A stretch of DNA of 57,258 bases, filler included, from Squatina squatina (Eukaryota): the NCBI GenBank assembly GCA_031763465.1. It is 4 parts of 3 records of this genome, joined end to end, with 100 filler letters (N's around TTAATTAATTAA, not from the genome) between each part and the next. Parts side by side here need not be neighbours in the genome. Positions count along the whole stretch, not along the records: positions 15,684 to 31,253 come from JARFOE010000013.1; positions 31,354 to 44,724 come from JARFOE010000192.1; 2 more parts are not named here. One strand, given 5' to 3'. The notes under the pieces are model-generated. The model had not been told where the DNA came from, did no database searches, and saw only the letters and a program-made list of their open reading frames with translations. Of the stretch, positions 23,699 to 36,075 are shown piece by piece (position 1 is the first letter of the stretch; each line of letters starts with the position of its first letter). Both the position numbers and the translations under genes were made by a program.

Positions 23699-25145
23699 GT
23701 GAGTAATAGTTGAGTTCAAGAGGGGCATTTTTCCAGTGGAGATCTTTTTCTCATACAAGCCTCATTGCAAGATATGTTATATTTTAGAAGACTCAATTTT
23801 ATGATTACATTTAAATAAAACCTGCAAGCGTTCCTGCAACCCCTGCTGGAAGTGTGCGCAGGTGGATGTCCGGTGAAGACAGGATTAGGATTAGCTGCAA
23901 TGTCCTCCTGGGTTAAATGCCTGCTGACACTCACAGTTAAAACTCTCAAACTAAAGGCCATTTGGGTGAGGTGTCGAAAGGCAACTATTGCCATGGAACA
24001 TATCTTCGTTCATTAGAGGAAAGGAGACGGGAGAAAAATTGGCAGAAAAGATTAGCAAAAGAAAAATACACAAAAACAAACATTATTTAGAAAAAGACAG
24101 CTCCAAACAAGAAGTTGGTCAGTGGCAAGGTAGGGGAGATGCAATAATTGCTTTACAAGGATGAACTTAAAAATGTAAATTTGAGCAGAAATTTTGATGT
24201 GGTGTTACATAAATAATGTAAAAGAAAAGATGAAGTGTAGATTCATAGGTGTGTTTACAGTTTTGAAGAGAGACTTGAGAAGTTTGAACTTTCTTTCTAC
24301 CAGAGCTGAAAAGATTAAGGGATGATCTGATAGAGGTCTTTAAAGTTATGCAGGACTGTGATTAAATAAATAATGATAGGTTGTGNNNNNNNNNNAAATT
24401 TAAGTTAATCACAAAAATAATTGAAAGGGAAAGGGAGGTTAGAAAACAATTCTTTAGAGGGTAATCAGAATGTGGTATATTGAACTGTTTGGGGAGCAAG
24501 GCGGAGAATGTGGACAGGCTGGATGCTCATGTGGAAGAAAAACACTGGCTAAACTCATTGGGTCAAATGGCCTGTTTCTGTGTTCCATTAGTGTGGTATT
24601 TTTCAACTTTCAGGAGAGTTAAGAGAAACTGGTGGGCTTCACATGCAATCTCCCAGGCAGTACTCCGAGTAGTTTGATATTTATAATAATTCGGGGCATG
24701 CTATTCTGGCACAACACTTCTAAGGGTGCATGTTTCAGATCATAGGAGACTCTGTCTGCTTATTGGAACTACCTTTTTATGGTAAATAAAGACAAAAGTC
24801 TGAATTGTAACACCATCACCAATTTACGTTACAAGCAATTTGAATGTTTGCCAGAAAAAAATCCAGCCTCCAGCATGGCTTTTCATCAACGCTCAGCAGT
24901 GAGAATCAATGTCTCTAAAATTAAAAACAGTTGACGTGGCACAACACATTAAACACTGGCCTTTCACCTCCAAATCCTGCGGATGAGATGAACATTTCCA
25001 GTCTTTTTGAGGGTTCCATGTGAGTTTACAAGTCTCAATTGACAATCTTACTACGAGAAATCACATGGTACCCGATGTAAGAAATGGAAATGTCATCAGT
25101 GCACAATACTCTGAGATTGAGTAGATTAGCAGTAGTTTTACTTGA

Positions 25146-25318
25146 AAGAAAGACTTGCATTTATGTAGCATCTTTCACAACTTCAGGATGCCCCAAACGC
25201 TTTCCAGCCAATGAAATATAGTCACTGTTGTAATGTGGCAGCCAATTTGTGTACAGCAAGGTCCCACAAACAGCAATGTGATAAGGACCAGACAATCTAC
25301 TTTTAGTGATGTTGGTTC
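25146..25318 (-). mobile_element. SacSINE1-like SINE 3' tail
   Basis: AAAGAAAGACTTGCATTTATGTAGCATCTTTCACAAC...GCAAGGTCCCACAAACAGCAATGTGATAA. Same tail as at 758-900 and 50200-50408. Confidence 0.65.
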
Positions 25319-25572
25319 TCTTTCAAACCCATGCTGCACTTGACTGGGAATGATTAGTGCAACATATGTGATTCAAAAGGGAGTGCTTCATATCCCAGTG
25401 TTAACATCCCTAACATGAGCACAAAAAAAAGCTGCAGTGTAGTTTGGTACAAATTGCTTCCCACAACCTGCTGCCCAATACTGCCTGAGGGGTTCCCAAC
25501 CCTCACATGTTTGCCTAGTCGGTGATACAACATTTCAAATGGTTGAACTGATTAAGTTGTTTAGATAAGTAA

Positions 25573-26302
25573 GGGGCCAGAATGTGTGGTCCCTCCAGGT
25601 GCGTATGATGTTCGCGTGCACCTGTAGGGACCTCGCAAGTTCCGGGTCTAGGGTTGCACTGCGCATGCCCCTAAATCCGGAACTTGCAATCTGTCAAGGT
25701 TCCTCTTGACAGATCATATGCTTGGATAGGGAAAGAGCTTTCCTGGGCGGAGATTTGGGCTATTTGCCCAACTCTTGCCCACAGAAAGCTCTTTAATTTC
25801 TTACACCTGGTAAAAGCAAACGTACAGGCCTGCTTATACCATGGTGAGAGTTTTTAAAAATGCAAAAATAAATTTAATTGCTGGAATACTATTTAAAAAT
25901 ACACTTTAAAAGATTTTTTTTAAGTTCAAATTTGTTTTGTATTAGTTATTTAATTATACATAATTTTATTAAATTTTAATGTTTGAGAAGTTAGTAAAAT
26001 GTATTTTTATGTAATTGTGCTGTTTATAGTATCTCCCATTCATACTTCTACAAATCTTCGTAATGTCAGAGATCTGCAGAAGTATGAATGGGAGATACTC
26101 CAACCTGATTGGTTGGGGCCTCCCACGTGATCCCACCAGTGTATGCGACGTTGGAGAGATCCCTGGGCCGCTCCACCTACCTTCCTGTGGAGGCCCAGGA
26201 TCGCAAGGCTGCGAACCTACAGGACCACAAGGTACATTCGTAAAGATCTTTCCGGTCGGAGGCCTGCGTTTGCAGGAACACTCCGACCGGAATTTCTGCC
26301 CC
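25573..26302. mobile_element. Non-autonomous TIR element (same broad family as 12859-13597 and 47937-48097)
   Basis: Ends GGGGCCAGAATG and AATTTCTGCCCC. Internal hairpins GCAAGTTCCGG...CCGGAACTTGC and ATCTGTCAAG...CTTGACAGAT are shared with 47937-48097. AT-rich core. No clear TSD. Confidence 0.6.
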
Positions 26303-29300
26303 ACTGTAACTGCAGCTGCTACTGTCTTCATTCACCATCAGGCAGGCTAGGAAATGCAGGACACTGGCACATCAAATCACACTGCTGGTTAAAACTAAAA
26401 TGCTTCTGAGATGAGAAAGGAACGGGCAAAAATATTATTCCCCAATTGCTAAATTTTGGCCGCAATAAATCACTTGCCTTTATTGTATATGCTTCAGACA
26501 TAGACCCAGAATTATCACGAGCAAAAAGAGGAAAGCCAAAAGAAATCATTTCACACACAGGGTTAGTAGAACACTTTACCACAAGTGGCTTTGAAGCTGA
26601 GTCATAACAATATTTAAGGTGATAAAGACTAGAAGGAGAAGAATTACAGGGATTATAAGGAAAGAGAGGGAAATATGATGAGCCAGATCTGATCTGAACC
26701 CAGCTCTGGCACAGGCACGGTGTGCTAAATGCTTTCCTTCTATGTTCAAAATGTATAATGTTATTGGTTCTGATTGTCATAATTATATTTCATTTCATTG
26801 ATTTTGATTATATTTAATGCAATTCATGTGATTCAACAACTTTGCTATTGGTTTCCTTTCTTGTTTTCTAGACGATGTAAAACCCCACATTATTAAAAGG
26901 GGACTACCAATACAAGGCCTGTCAAGGCCCAGTCCCCCACAGATTTGCTTTTAACAGGTTGCATATCTTTGGATAAATCCAACACCAATTTGAGACATCA
27001 AATAGAAAGAGAAGAGAATCACTTCGTCATTTCAGAGAGCAACTATTTACCACAGTCTGTATATAAAATTGCTTGAAATTACAAGCATTGAATAATGCAC
27101 AGTCACTCTATGAGTAGAGCATTTTTTCCCCTGTACGCTCAACAAGTATTACAGGGAAGCAGTGATGGTTGTGGTTTGGAAGCACGATACAGCCTCCATG
27201 GCTGAAAGAATGGTAGATAGAAGAGGTATCCTGGAAGATGGATATAATGGCCCAGAAGACAATTTTAAACTGTTAATGCATACCTTGTGGTAAATGGTCT
27301 GAAATAACCTTTCCCAGGCTCTTTCCTGAGTGTCCTCATCCAGTGACTCAGAGATTCTGTCTGCCATACAATGAATAGGTCATAATAGGAGGACTATCAG
27401 TCATCAAAGGATGTGTAGGACTGAGTCCAAACCAAATTTGCAATCAAAAATGACTCACTTTGAGCCATCTTAGTACATAGCCAGGGATAGAGTGGGCCTA
27501 TAGATGGGAATAATAAGGTACAAAACACAAATAAGAACATCACTATCAACTGCACAACATCAAAGCTATATTTATAATCCATTAAATGTCACACGCTTCT
27601 TATTTGGGCATCACTGTTCTGACAGACAATTACAACCGCAGCTGCGCACTTCCACCACTAGATGGAATTTCAAACGCTCCAGAAGTTGCAGATCCCCATA
27701 CCTATACCTGCAGCACCAGTAATGCATGGGAGATTTACTAATATTAATGAATCTTTGAACATATTCTACACAGTCCAAAAGATTAGTGAAATTGAGGGAC
27801 ATGAAAAGCCAGGTCAAACTGGATTAATGTGATGCATAGTGCCACTTCTTAGGGTGTAAACCTGTTTGTTGGAACAGCCTGTGAACAGGAGACTGAGAAA
27901 CTTACATTTCTTGTAGACATCTTGTCATACATTAGCCCAATTTAGTTTGCACAGTGTTAAAAAGTTGAATGAAANNNNNNNNNNNNNNNNNNNNNNNNNN
28001 NNNNNNNNNNNNNNNNNNNNNNNNNNNNNNNNNNNNNNNNNNNNNNNNNNNNNNNNNNNNNNNNNNNNNNNNNNNNNNNNNNNNNNNNNNNNNNNNNNNN
28101 NNNNNNNNNNNNNNNNNNNNNNNNNNNNNNNNNNNNNNNNNNNNNNNNNNNNNNNNNNNNNNNNNNNNNNNNNNNNNNNNNNNNNNNNNNNNNNNNNNNN
28201 NNNNNNNNNNNNNNNNNNNNNNNNNNNNNNNNNNNNNNNNNNNNNNNNNNNNNNNNNNNNNNNNNNNNNNNNNNNNNNNNNNNNNNNNNNNNNNNNNNNN
28301 NNNNNNNNNNNNNNNNNNNNNNNNNNNNNNNNNNNNNNNNNNNNNNNNNNNNNNNNNNNNNNNNNNNNNNNNNNNNNNNNNNNNNNNNNNNNNNNNNNNN
28401 NNNNNNNNNNNNNNNNNNNNNNNNNNNNNNNNNNNNNNNNNNNNNNNNNNNNNNNNNNNNNNNNNNNNNNNNNNNNNNNNNNNNNNNNNNNNNNNNNNNN
28501 NNNNNNNNNNNNNNNNNNNNNNNNNNNNNNNNNNNNNNNNNNNNNNNNNNNNNNNNNNNNNNNNNNNNNNNNNNNNNNNNNNNNNNNNNNNNNNNNNNNN
28601 NNNNNNNNNNNNNNNNNNNNNNNNNNNNNNNNNNNNNNNNNNNNNNNNNNNNNNNNNNNNNNNNNNNNNNNNNNNNNNNNNNNNNNNNNNNNNNNNNNNN
28701 NNNNNNNNNNNNNNNNNNNNNNNNNNNNNNNNNNNNNNNNNNNNNNNNNNNNNNNNNNNNNNNNNNNNNNNNNNNNNNNNNNNNNNNNNNNNNNNNNNNN
28801 NNNNNNNNNNNNNNNNNNNNNNNNNNNNNNNNNNNNNNNNNNNNNNNNNNNNNNNNNNNNNNNNNNNNNNNNNNNNNNNNNNNNNNNNNNNNNNNNNNNN
28901 NNNNNNNNNNNNNNNNNNNNNNNNNNNNNNNNNNAGAATTTAATTTTTAACAATACTTCAACTTTATTAATATTTTTAGGCCTAAAAAGATTAAATTGCA
29001 GAAAAAAAGGACAGTAGTAACCACTTGAACATTAACAGTATTGATCAAGAATATACCGGGGAATTGTAGGTAGTCAAATGGTTAAGAATCAAATTTAAAC
29101 ACATCTGTTTTCTTCACGTTTCTCAATAAATGGGATAGAATAACAGAGTACTACAGAAATATAAGTAAAGGATCTCAGTTGACAAATGTAAGCAATAACA
29201 TTGTAGCATTGAAATGTAACTGTGTTTAAAATGTGTGTGGTGATTTTATTTGGAGATTAAGATATTTTAATAATGTTATTATAGTAGATTTCTTTGGTCG

Positions 29301-29536
29301 GCTGTTCGATACCACTGTCTGAACAGGCCGCATTGTAACTATTATCCCTCTATAATTGTAACTGGCAGACTAAAGGTGGTATTATTAGGTTCTGTGCTAA
29401 ATACAACAGTCTGATTAGGTTTTAACTATTTAAATATTCATAGCTATTTTGCTTTGACAATTTATGTTTTGAGCACACATAAAAATACATGTTTTCTATA
29501 GATTATATAATATTGACTATTGCATGTTTTAATCAG

Positions 29537-31253
29537 TACCCAAATCTACAGACAGCCAAGTTCCTAAACTGCCATCTACTGATGCCCAAGGACAGAAAAT
29601 TCAACAGTTGGAATATGAGGTACAACGCCTTAACCAAGTCTTGGAAAAAATGCAGGCCTCAGTAACAGGATTGAGTGACAATCTGAGGCACAGTGTCCAG
29701 GAAGATACGAGCAAAATGCTTGTAACATTATTAGGCAATCTGAGACTGCCTGGCAGCGCTGTTGGCTTTGAGACTGTCCATGTTCCAGTCACCCATGAGA
29801 ATGAGGACACATTTCATCAATTGGAAATGGGTGAAATGATGTCTAAACTCACAGAAGTTAAGGACACATTAAAGAGCAAGAGCGATATGCTGGATGAACT
29901 GCATGGAATGGTGACTGGACATGATGGACAGTTGAAGCAGCTAATGGAAGCAGTTCAAGGACCTATTTCTACATATTCTCCATTTTCCAGTGGAGACTTT
30001 CATCAGTCTTACATTGATAGTAAATTCGAAACTCTCAGGAAAGAGATGATGGTGGGGATTGACATGAAATTTGCAGATCTGAAAAATTCCTGTGAGTATA
30101 AGTTAATGTCTCTCAAACAGCAGTGTGAAAAAAATGAATCACACTATGAGAAAGTAGAAGAATTGCTCAATGAAAAAGAGGCTGAACTGAGAGAGGAGAT
30201 CAATGATATCAGAAGTGTTCTACAAGAATCACCAGGCCAGTTCAACTGCTGTGCTCCCATAGGCACTTTAAGACAGCAACTGAACAACATGGATCGAAGG
30301 GTTTATAGAATTGCAGAAGCCAACAGGCTATTGAATGCCAGATTGGATAATGAAATGAAGCGTNNNNNNNCCCTTAAGCTGGAAGATATTTTTGGTGAGA
30401 GGTTAGAAGAAATTGAATCTAGAATAAATGTAACAGAGAAAAATGCTGAAGAACATTGCTTTTATATTGAATATACTCTGAGAGGACTCATTGAAACTGA
30501 AGTTGATGGTGTGAAGGAACTGCTAAAGAGGAGGCTACAACTGTTAGAGACTAAACATAACAATGATTTGGCGCTGATTAGCAACATAACTTCTACTGGT
30601 GCAATAGACAGCGAGCTGGAATCATTACTTCAGAGTGATCTGAATTCCAGTAATGATCAAATCAATAATGGGATGGAACATTTTGAGAGCCGGTTTCAGA
30701 AGTTAGAAAATCTATGCCTGACTGGGTGTACTTCTGTTACAAAGGAGATGAAGGACATCAAAATGAATTTAGAAACCTGCAAAAATGACTACAAGGGCTT
30801 ATTATTAAAAACTGAACAAAACTTAATTCTCTTTAAATCTCTGAATGGTACAGTTCATGAGGGTCTCAAGGAGATGGAAGAAAATGAAGACTTAGAAGTG
30901 ATACAAGGAGAAATCGTCTCACTGAAACTCACCATAAACACTGTAGAGCACTCTGTACAAGCACAGTGGGAAGATCTGAACAAGAATACTGAAGCACTCT
31001 CAATGGTCGAATCCACTTTAACAAAGAAGCAGCAGGAACTCCTGGATAAGATTTACAAACTCCAAGAAGCAGACAAAAACCTAGAATCCCAGCTCCAGAA
31101 GAATAATAGTCAGTTAACTGAAATGAAGAAACGATTGGAGCAGCTAACAAGTCAGATTATTAAAGACATTAGTAAGTGTAATCACAGCACTCAAGGGATC
31201 CAGAAGGAAGTCTCCCACGTTGACAGGAGAGTGGCCCACATTGAGAATGTATG
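29537..31253 (+). CDS. EMILIN2: EMILIN-2 large coiled-coil exon (3'-truncated at scaffold end)
   Basis: Acceptor gttttaatcag| (phase 1), with about 570 open codons across a 7-N gap. Motifs EVKDTLKSKSD, ADLKNSCEYKL, LNARLDNE and RINVTEKNAEEHCFYIE match recalled human EMILIN2. Lies downstream of SMCHD1 as in human. Confidence 0.92.
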
Positions 31254-31353
31254 NNNNNNNNNNNNNNNNNNNNNNNNNNNNNNNNNNNNNNNNNNNNTTA
31301 ATTAATTAANNNNNNNNNNNNNNNNNNNNNNNNNNNNNNNNNNNNNNNNNNNN
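31254..31353. other. Artificial scaffold-joining spacer (N44-TTAATTAATTAA-N44)
   Basis: 12-mer at 31298-31309 with 44 N on each side. It supplies the false stop of the supplied 565-aa ORF. Confidence 0.95.
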
Positions 31354-33352
31354 AACTTACTACACCATTTCCGCTTCAGGTGCAAATGGACAGAGGATTT
31401 GTGTTGCACCCATCACCCTTTGGTATTAGATGTAGGGCAGCTTAATGAGTGTTCCTGAAAAGGACTGCTGCCGACCACTCACAAAGAATGCAAGTTTCTA
31501 ATTTTTAAAATTATTTTTGTGGGATCAGGAGGAGCGATTTCCCCTCTCAAGCTCTAACTTCTGGTTCGGCTTTACGGAGGAACCAACAAGTCTCCAGCCA
31601 TCCCCTCCCTACTCCCCCCGCCGCCCACGGTTGTCAGGCTGNNNNNNNNNNACGAGGCGTGATTGTGAAATGCCTCTGGCCTCTTGCCAGGGATATTGGG
31701 CCAGCCAGACTGATGTCCTTCTAGAATGAAAATCTGCCCCTAGGACACAAATCTCCTGGATTTCATTTTAAATTTAAAGCTTCTTTCTCATGTCTAAAGC
31801 ATTTTAGTTTCTTTCTCTCTTTAGGATCCCTGTGCCAGGCACCATTATTTAGGGAATAAACGACATCCTCTGAGTCTTCTGATATTACTGTTCTTGAATC
31901 AATCACTGGCAAGAATGTGAGAGCATCATAGAGTGACTCACCCTATAATTTTCTCCCCTTCCCTGTCAGGAACCCTTAGTCTCCACTCAGCACGTCCCTG
32001 GATAACACAGCTGACATCTGGACTAATATTGCAATTCTACCATTAACATTCTGACAAATTATAACATATACACATTACACACTATTGACCTTTTCAAAAA
32101 GCTAACCGGTGCAATGTTCCTACCCTGCTAGATCACCATTTGGATTGGGTAAAAGAAGTACAACTGCTCGTTTTCAGCCACTGGTAGTCTGATCCAGTTT
32201 CACAGGCAACCTGTGGCATAGGGCCAGATGTGATAGTTCAATGTTATGTATGTCACTCAATCTAATTTGGAGATGTGACAGATTTAGATGTTGGGTTGAC
32301 TAATCTAACAAGTTAAAAAATAATTTATATCCTGAGGAGAGATTAGGATGTAAATAAAGACGCAGTTGCTTCAAACTCTCTCTATGCTAGTGGCTCCAAT
32401 TTTTTTTGATTAGTGAGTGGAATCTTATATAGCTTGGAAAGAAACTGGGGCTGAAAATCCATGATTCTGCCCATTGCTGTAACCATGGTGAAGCAGGACC
32501 TCCATTTCTCCATGCCCGACTCCAGGAATTCCTGACATCAGGAATGGAGGGTGACTACTGGTATGACATCATAAACCAGAACTCCCCTCATCATTGGCCC
32601 AGTTAAGGGTACAATATATAAGGGAATTCCAGGGGTTAGACATATAGTGGGCAGGCACCCATACCAATATTGCTGCAGTCGGGATAGCAGGGCAAGAATT
32701 TGAGGTGGAGGGAAACTATTGGGGTCCAATGTTGGCAGGTCTGGTAGAAGATGGAGGAGATACACAAAATTTGACCTGAGTTGCTTTCACACTAGTTTGC
32801 TCCAAACTTAATAAGCCCATAATAAATAGGAACAGGAGTAGGCCACTTGGCCCCTCGAGCCTGCTCCACCATTCAATAAGATCATGGCTGATCCGACATT
32901 CCTCAAGTCCACTTTCCTGCCCTTTNNNNNNNNNNNNNNNNNNNNNNNNNNNNNNNNNNNNNNNNNNNNNNNNNNNNNNNNNNNNNNNNNNNNNNNNNNN
33001 NNNNNNNNNNNNNNNNNNNNNNNNNGACTCCAATGTGAATGTAAGGGTTTCCAAATGATGGATTTTGATGCCATCAGCTAAACTATTCCAAGTATCTTGG
33101 ATGATGCAACAGGGCTTCGGGACTGCATACCCCACAAGTGCCTCCTCAAACCCATCGTTACTTTCTCACCTGAAAGTAACCTAGTTTATTTTTCACCTCT
33201 TGTGTTGAATTTGCATGTAAACTGTGTTCATGGTTTCACAAAAGGCCCCTTGTGTAGCACACTAGTTAAATCACTTTGCCACAGTTGCTGTGTCAGCAGT
33301 TCCCTGTAGTTTACTTCAACCTCAGTAACCTTACAATAAGATACAGCTTTGG

Positions 33353-33471
33353 TTAAGTTCTTGGCTCAAGTCTGTGAGAAAGCTGAAATAATGTCTGTTG
33401 GTTGTCAATAACGTGTAAGTGGTGGACATAGGTTTTCACATCCTGGTGGTCTTTCTGAGTACCTTCCGCAC
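33353..33471 (-). CDS. RAPGEF5: RAPGEF5 last coding exon
   Basis: Acceptor ttttctcctctgattccag|GT. Peptide [38 protein letters not shown] resembles recalled human KEHQELKSYVNHLYVIDSQQALFELSHRIEPRV*. Not in the supplied ORF track. Confidence 0.9.
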
Positions 33472-34418
33472 CTGGAATCAGAGGAGAAAATACTGTAATC
33501 ACGGTCACACTGAAGCTTTCTTATTGGTCAGCTGGGTATCTCACATGTGTGGAAATCCATAATTATGGATGTGAATTATAACTTTGCTGAAAATGCTGCA
33601 GTAACCCTGTTTATACGTGTAAATGGCATTTCCACTGCTCTTCTGGCGACATAGTTGGGGAGTGGGAGCAGCTCTGAAGAAATTCATGGTGTATGTTTAG
33701 GACTCTCCAAAACAAGGTAGTGAGAAATCCAAATAAATCCAACTATAGGGTGTTTATTGACNNNNNNNNNNNNNNNNNNNNNNNNNNNNNNNNNNNNNNN
33801 NNNNNNNNNNNNNNNNNNNNNNNNNNNNNNNNNNNNNNNNNNNNNNNNNNNNNNNNNNNNNAGGAGTGACTATCCCAGCAGGGGGAAGGAGCTGAATTAT
33901 CAATGTAGATAATGACCTCCAGCAACTATCAGTTCAGCTGCGTGTATGTTAGTTACACTTCCTCATGCCACGAGGCACAATATTCCTCTTTAGACAGATG
34001 CCCTAATTCGGTCATCAAGCAGCACTCGCTCTTTTTATTCAAATAGAAAGATAATTATGTTCAAATGCATCTTATTTTTCACCTGTATTTTTAAAAATGG
34101 TTCTGTATGGCTCCCTCTTCATTGTACAAAGTGTCATAAATCTTCAAAGTCGCCATTTTCTTTTTAAAGTTTGGTTGCAAACACAACAATGCAATGATTT
34201 AATTTATACTGAAATGCATGGTTAGGTCGATTGTGAGTGATGTGATGGTGATTGTGATGAAAATGGTGATCAGTTCTTGCTCTGCAGCCAAAGAAAAGCT
34301 TTGCCAAACACAGACCTCAAGGTCTGCAGCTGTGTCCTGAAAACACTATGCCCTTGAAATGGCTTTTGTTTTCAAATCCCTCCATGGACTATTTGTACAG
34401 GCTGACATTGTCACTTAC

Positions 34419-34588
34419 TGAGCAGCAACCTTTATGAACTTTTTGACAAGCTGCACACGTTTGGACAGCTGGCTGCAGAGGAGTACTTCAGTGGCGACCC
34501 ATAGTTGAACCTCATTGCATCGCTGCAGCAGAAAGTCAAGGTTGGCTGTAGTGTTTCCTCTGCGGAAAGTGTAATAAATCAGTTCCTG
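34419..34588 (-). CDS. RAPGEF5: RAPGEF5 RasGEF (CDC25-homology) exon
   Basis: Acceptor tctcctttgcag|, donor CA|gtaagt. Peptide [56 protein letters not shown]. Confidence 0.92.
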
Positions 34589-35193
34589 CTGCAAAGGAGA
34601 CACAAATAAACAAAAGTCNNNNNNNNNNNNNNNNNNNNNNNNNNNNNNNNNNNNNNNNNNNNNNNNNNNNNNNNNNNNNNNNNNNNNNNNNNNNNNNNNN
34701 NNNNNNNNNNNNNNNNNNGGGCAGAATCAATTGAAATAGCGCAAAAGATCGCGGAATTCAAAACGTGAGTTATGTTCAGAACCATTTAAACTTATTTTGC
34801 TATGGATTTACAATTTGTATGATGGGAAGGGAGAAATGCTTGCGGACAATGGGTCAGTTAACACCGAGAAAATCATTACTTTGAATTTAGCTTTCTGCAA
34901 CAATAGTATAAAAATTTGCTTGCAACATTACAGAATGGTAACAAGGATTAAAACCTCAGAAACATCAGTAAAATCCTAGAGAGCTGTTTAACATTCCTTG
35001 TGGTACAGCAGTTGTAAAAAAGTATATTCAGTTAAACAATTAACAAAAATATATATTTAAAGAAAAATCAAAATAATAAATTATTACTTCAAGCACTGTG
35101 CATGGGGCACAGATTAATGGAATATATGTTGAGTAATATAATCATATAAATGTATCCATTTGATTCAATGGCAGGATAATATATAGCCCTTAC

Positions 35194-35488
35194 CTGTCTC
35201 TTTGCATTCACCTTCCTCCAGGTGTATATCATTGAGCAGATGCTCCAGAATCTTCTCAGGGGTTCCGGCCACCACCACGTACCTGTTAGACAGTGAAGAT
35301 TCGACTGAGTCATCTTCTGCCGAGGATTGTGAAGGATTACTCCATTCATCCTCCGAATCCTCATCAATATATTTGAAATAAGGCACATCAAAAGCAGGCA
35401 AGGTCACACCAGTACTATCTTCAAAGATTTTGGAAACCCTTTTGTCTTCTATATAGGGATCAAAAACTCTTAGTATTGAACTTCCCAT
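35194..35488 (-). CDS. RAPGEF5: RAPGEF5 short-isoform first coding exon, including start of the REM domain
   Basis: MGSSILRVFDP...LPAFDVPYFKYIDE...RYVVVAGTPEKILEHLLNDIHLEE matches the recalled human short isoform MGSSRLRVFDP...LPTFDVPYFKYIDE. Donor ACAG|gtaagg. Confidence 0.92.
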
Positions 35489-36075
35489 ATTATATCGCTT
35501 ATTATTTTATTTCTAACTGCCAGCACATTACATAATATCAGTGTTGTATTTTGCTCTTTCTCACTGTTAGACTCCAGCTGATATGATCCATCTGGCTGCT
35601 GAGTGCTCTGCAGAGTATGTGAACCACTTACCTCCAATCATTCTGGGCACTCCCTGCTGTGGGGGCTGGGCTGGATGACGACACTTTTTTCAGGATGAGT
35701 ACATCTTGGCCTCGTTCTTTCACTCGAGCTGTGTTCACTTCATCATTCTGTTACATGGGAAAAGAAGCAAAACCTGGACTTTAAAGGGATTTGCACAAGC
35801 AGCTGAACAGTGCAGCTTCACCAGCCGAAATAGAAATTGCTGTGTTGTACAATATTCACGTAGAAACCTGACTTTGTATTTTTTCCTTCAGTTAATGCTG
35901 TCAACTCACAGCTAAATGGCAATTAATAATTCATGCATGCAAGAAAATGTTCTTTAATTTTTGTATTAATGTTTTAGTATACATGTTTTTTAACTCAAAA
36001 TAAAGATGTTTCATTTTTTTCCCTAATTACTTTACAAATATATTCAGATTTAAAGGTGGGAGAGTAAGAGACAAT

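Noticed and set aside
24614-24660. RNWWAS peptide as the EMILIN2 EMI-domain start (NWCA)
   Set aside because: It lacks the conserved cysteines and the downstream EMI pattern.
27626-27718. 93-nt open phase-1 segment as another EMILIN2 exon
   Set aside because: The acceptor and donor are weak and no homology is recognisable, so it cannot be supported without transcripts.
27925-29017. ORFs over 300 aa here and at 42751-43700
   Set aside because: They consist almost entirely of N gaps.
29608-31305. Supplied 565-aa ORF as a complete single-exon gene
   Set aside because: The TTG start is internal to an exon that begins at 29537, and the stop comes from the artificial linker.
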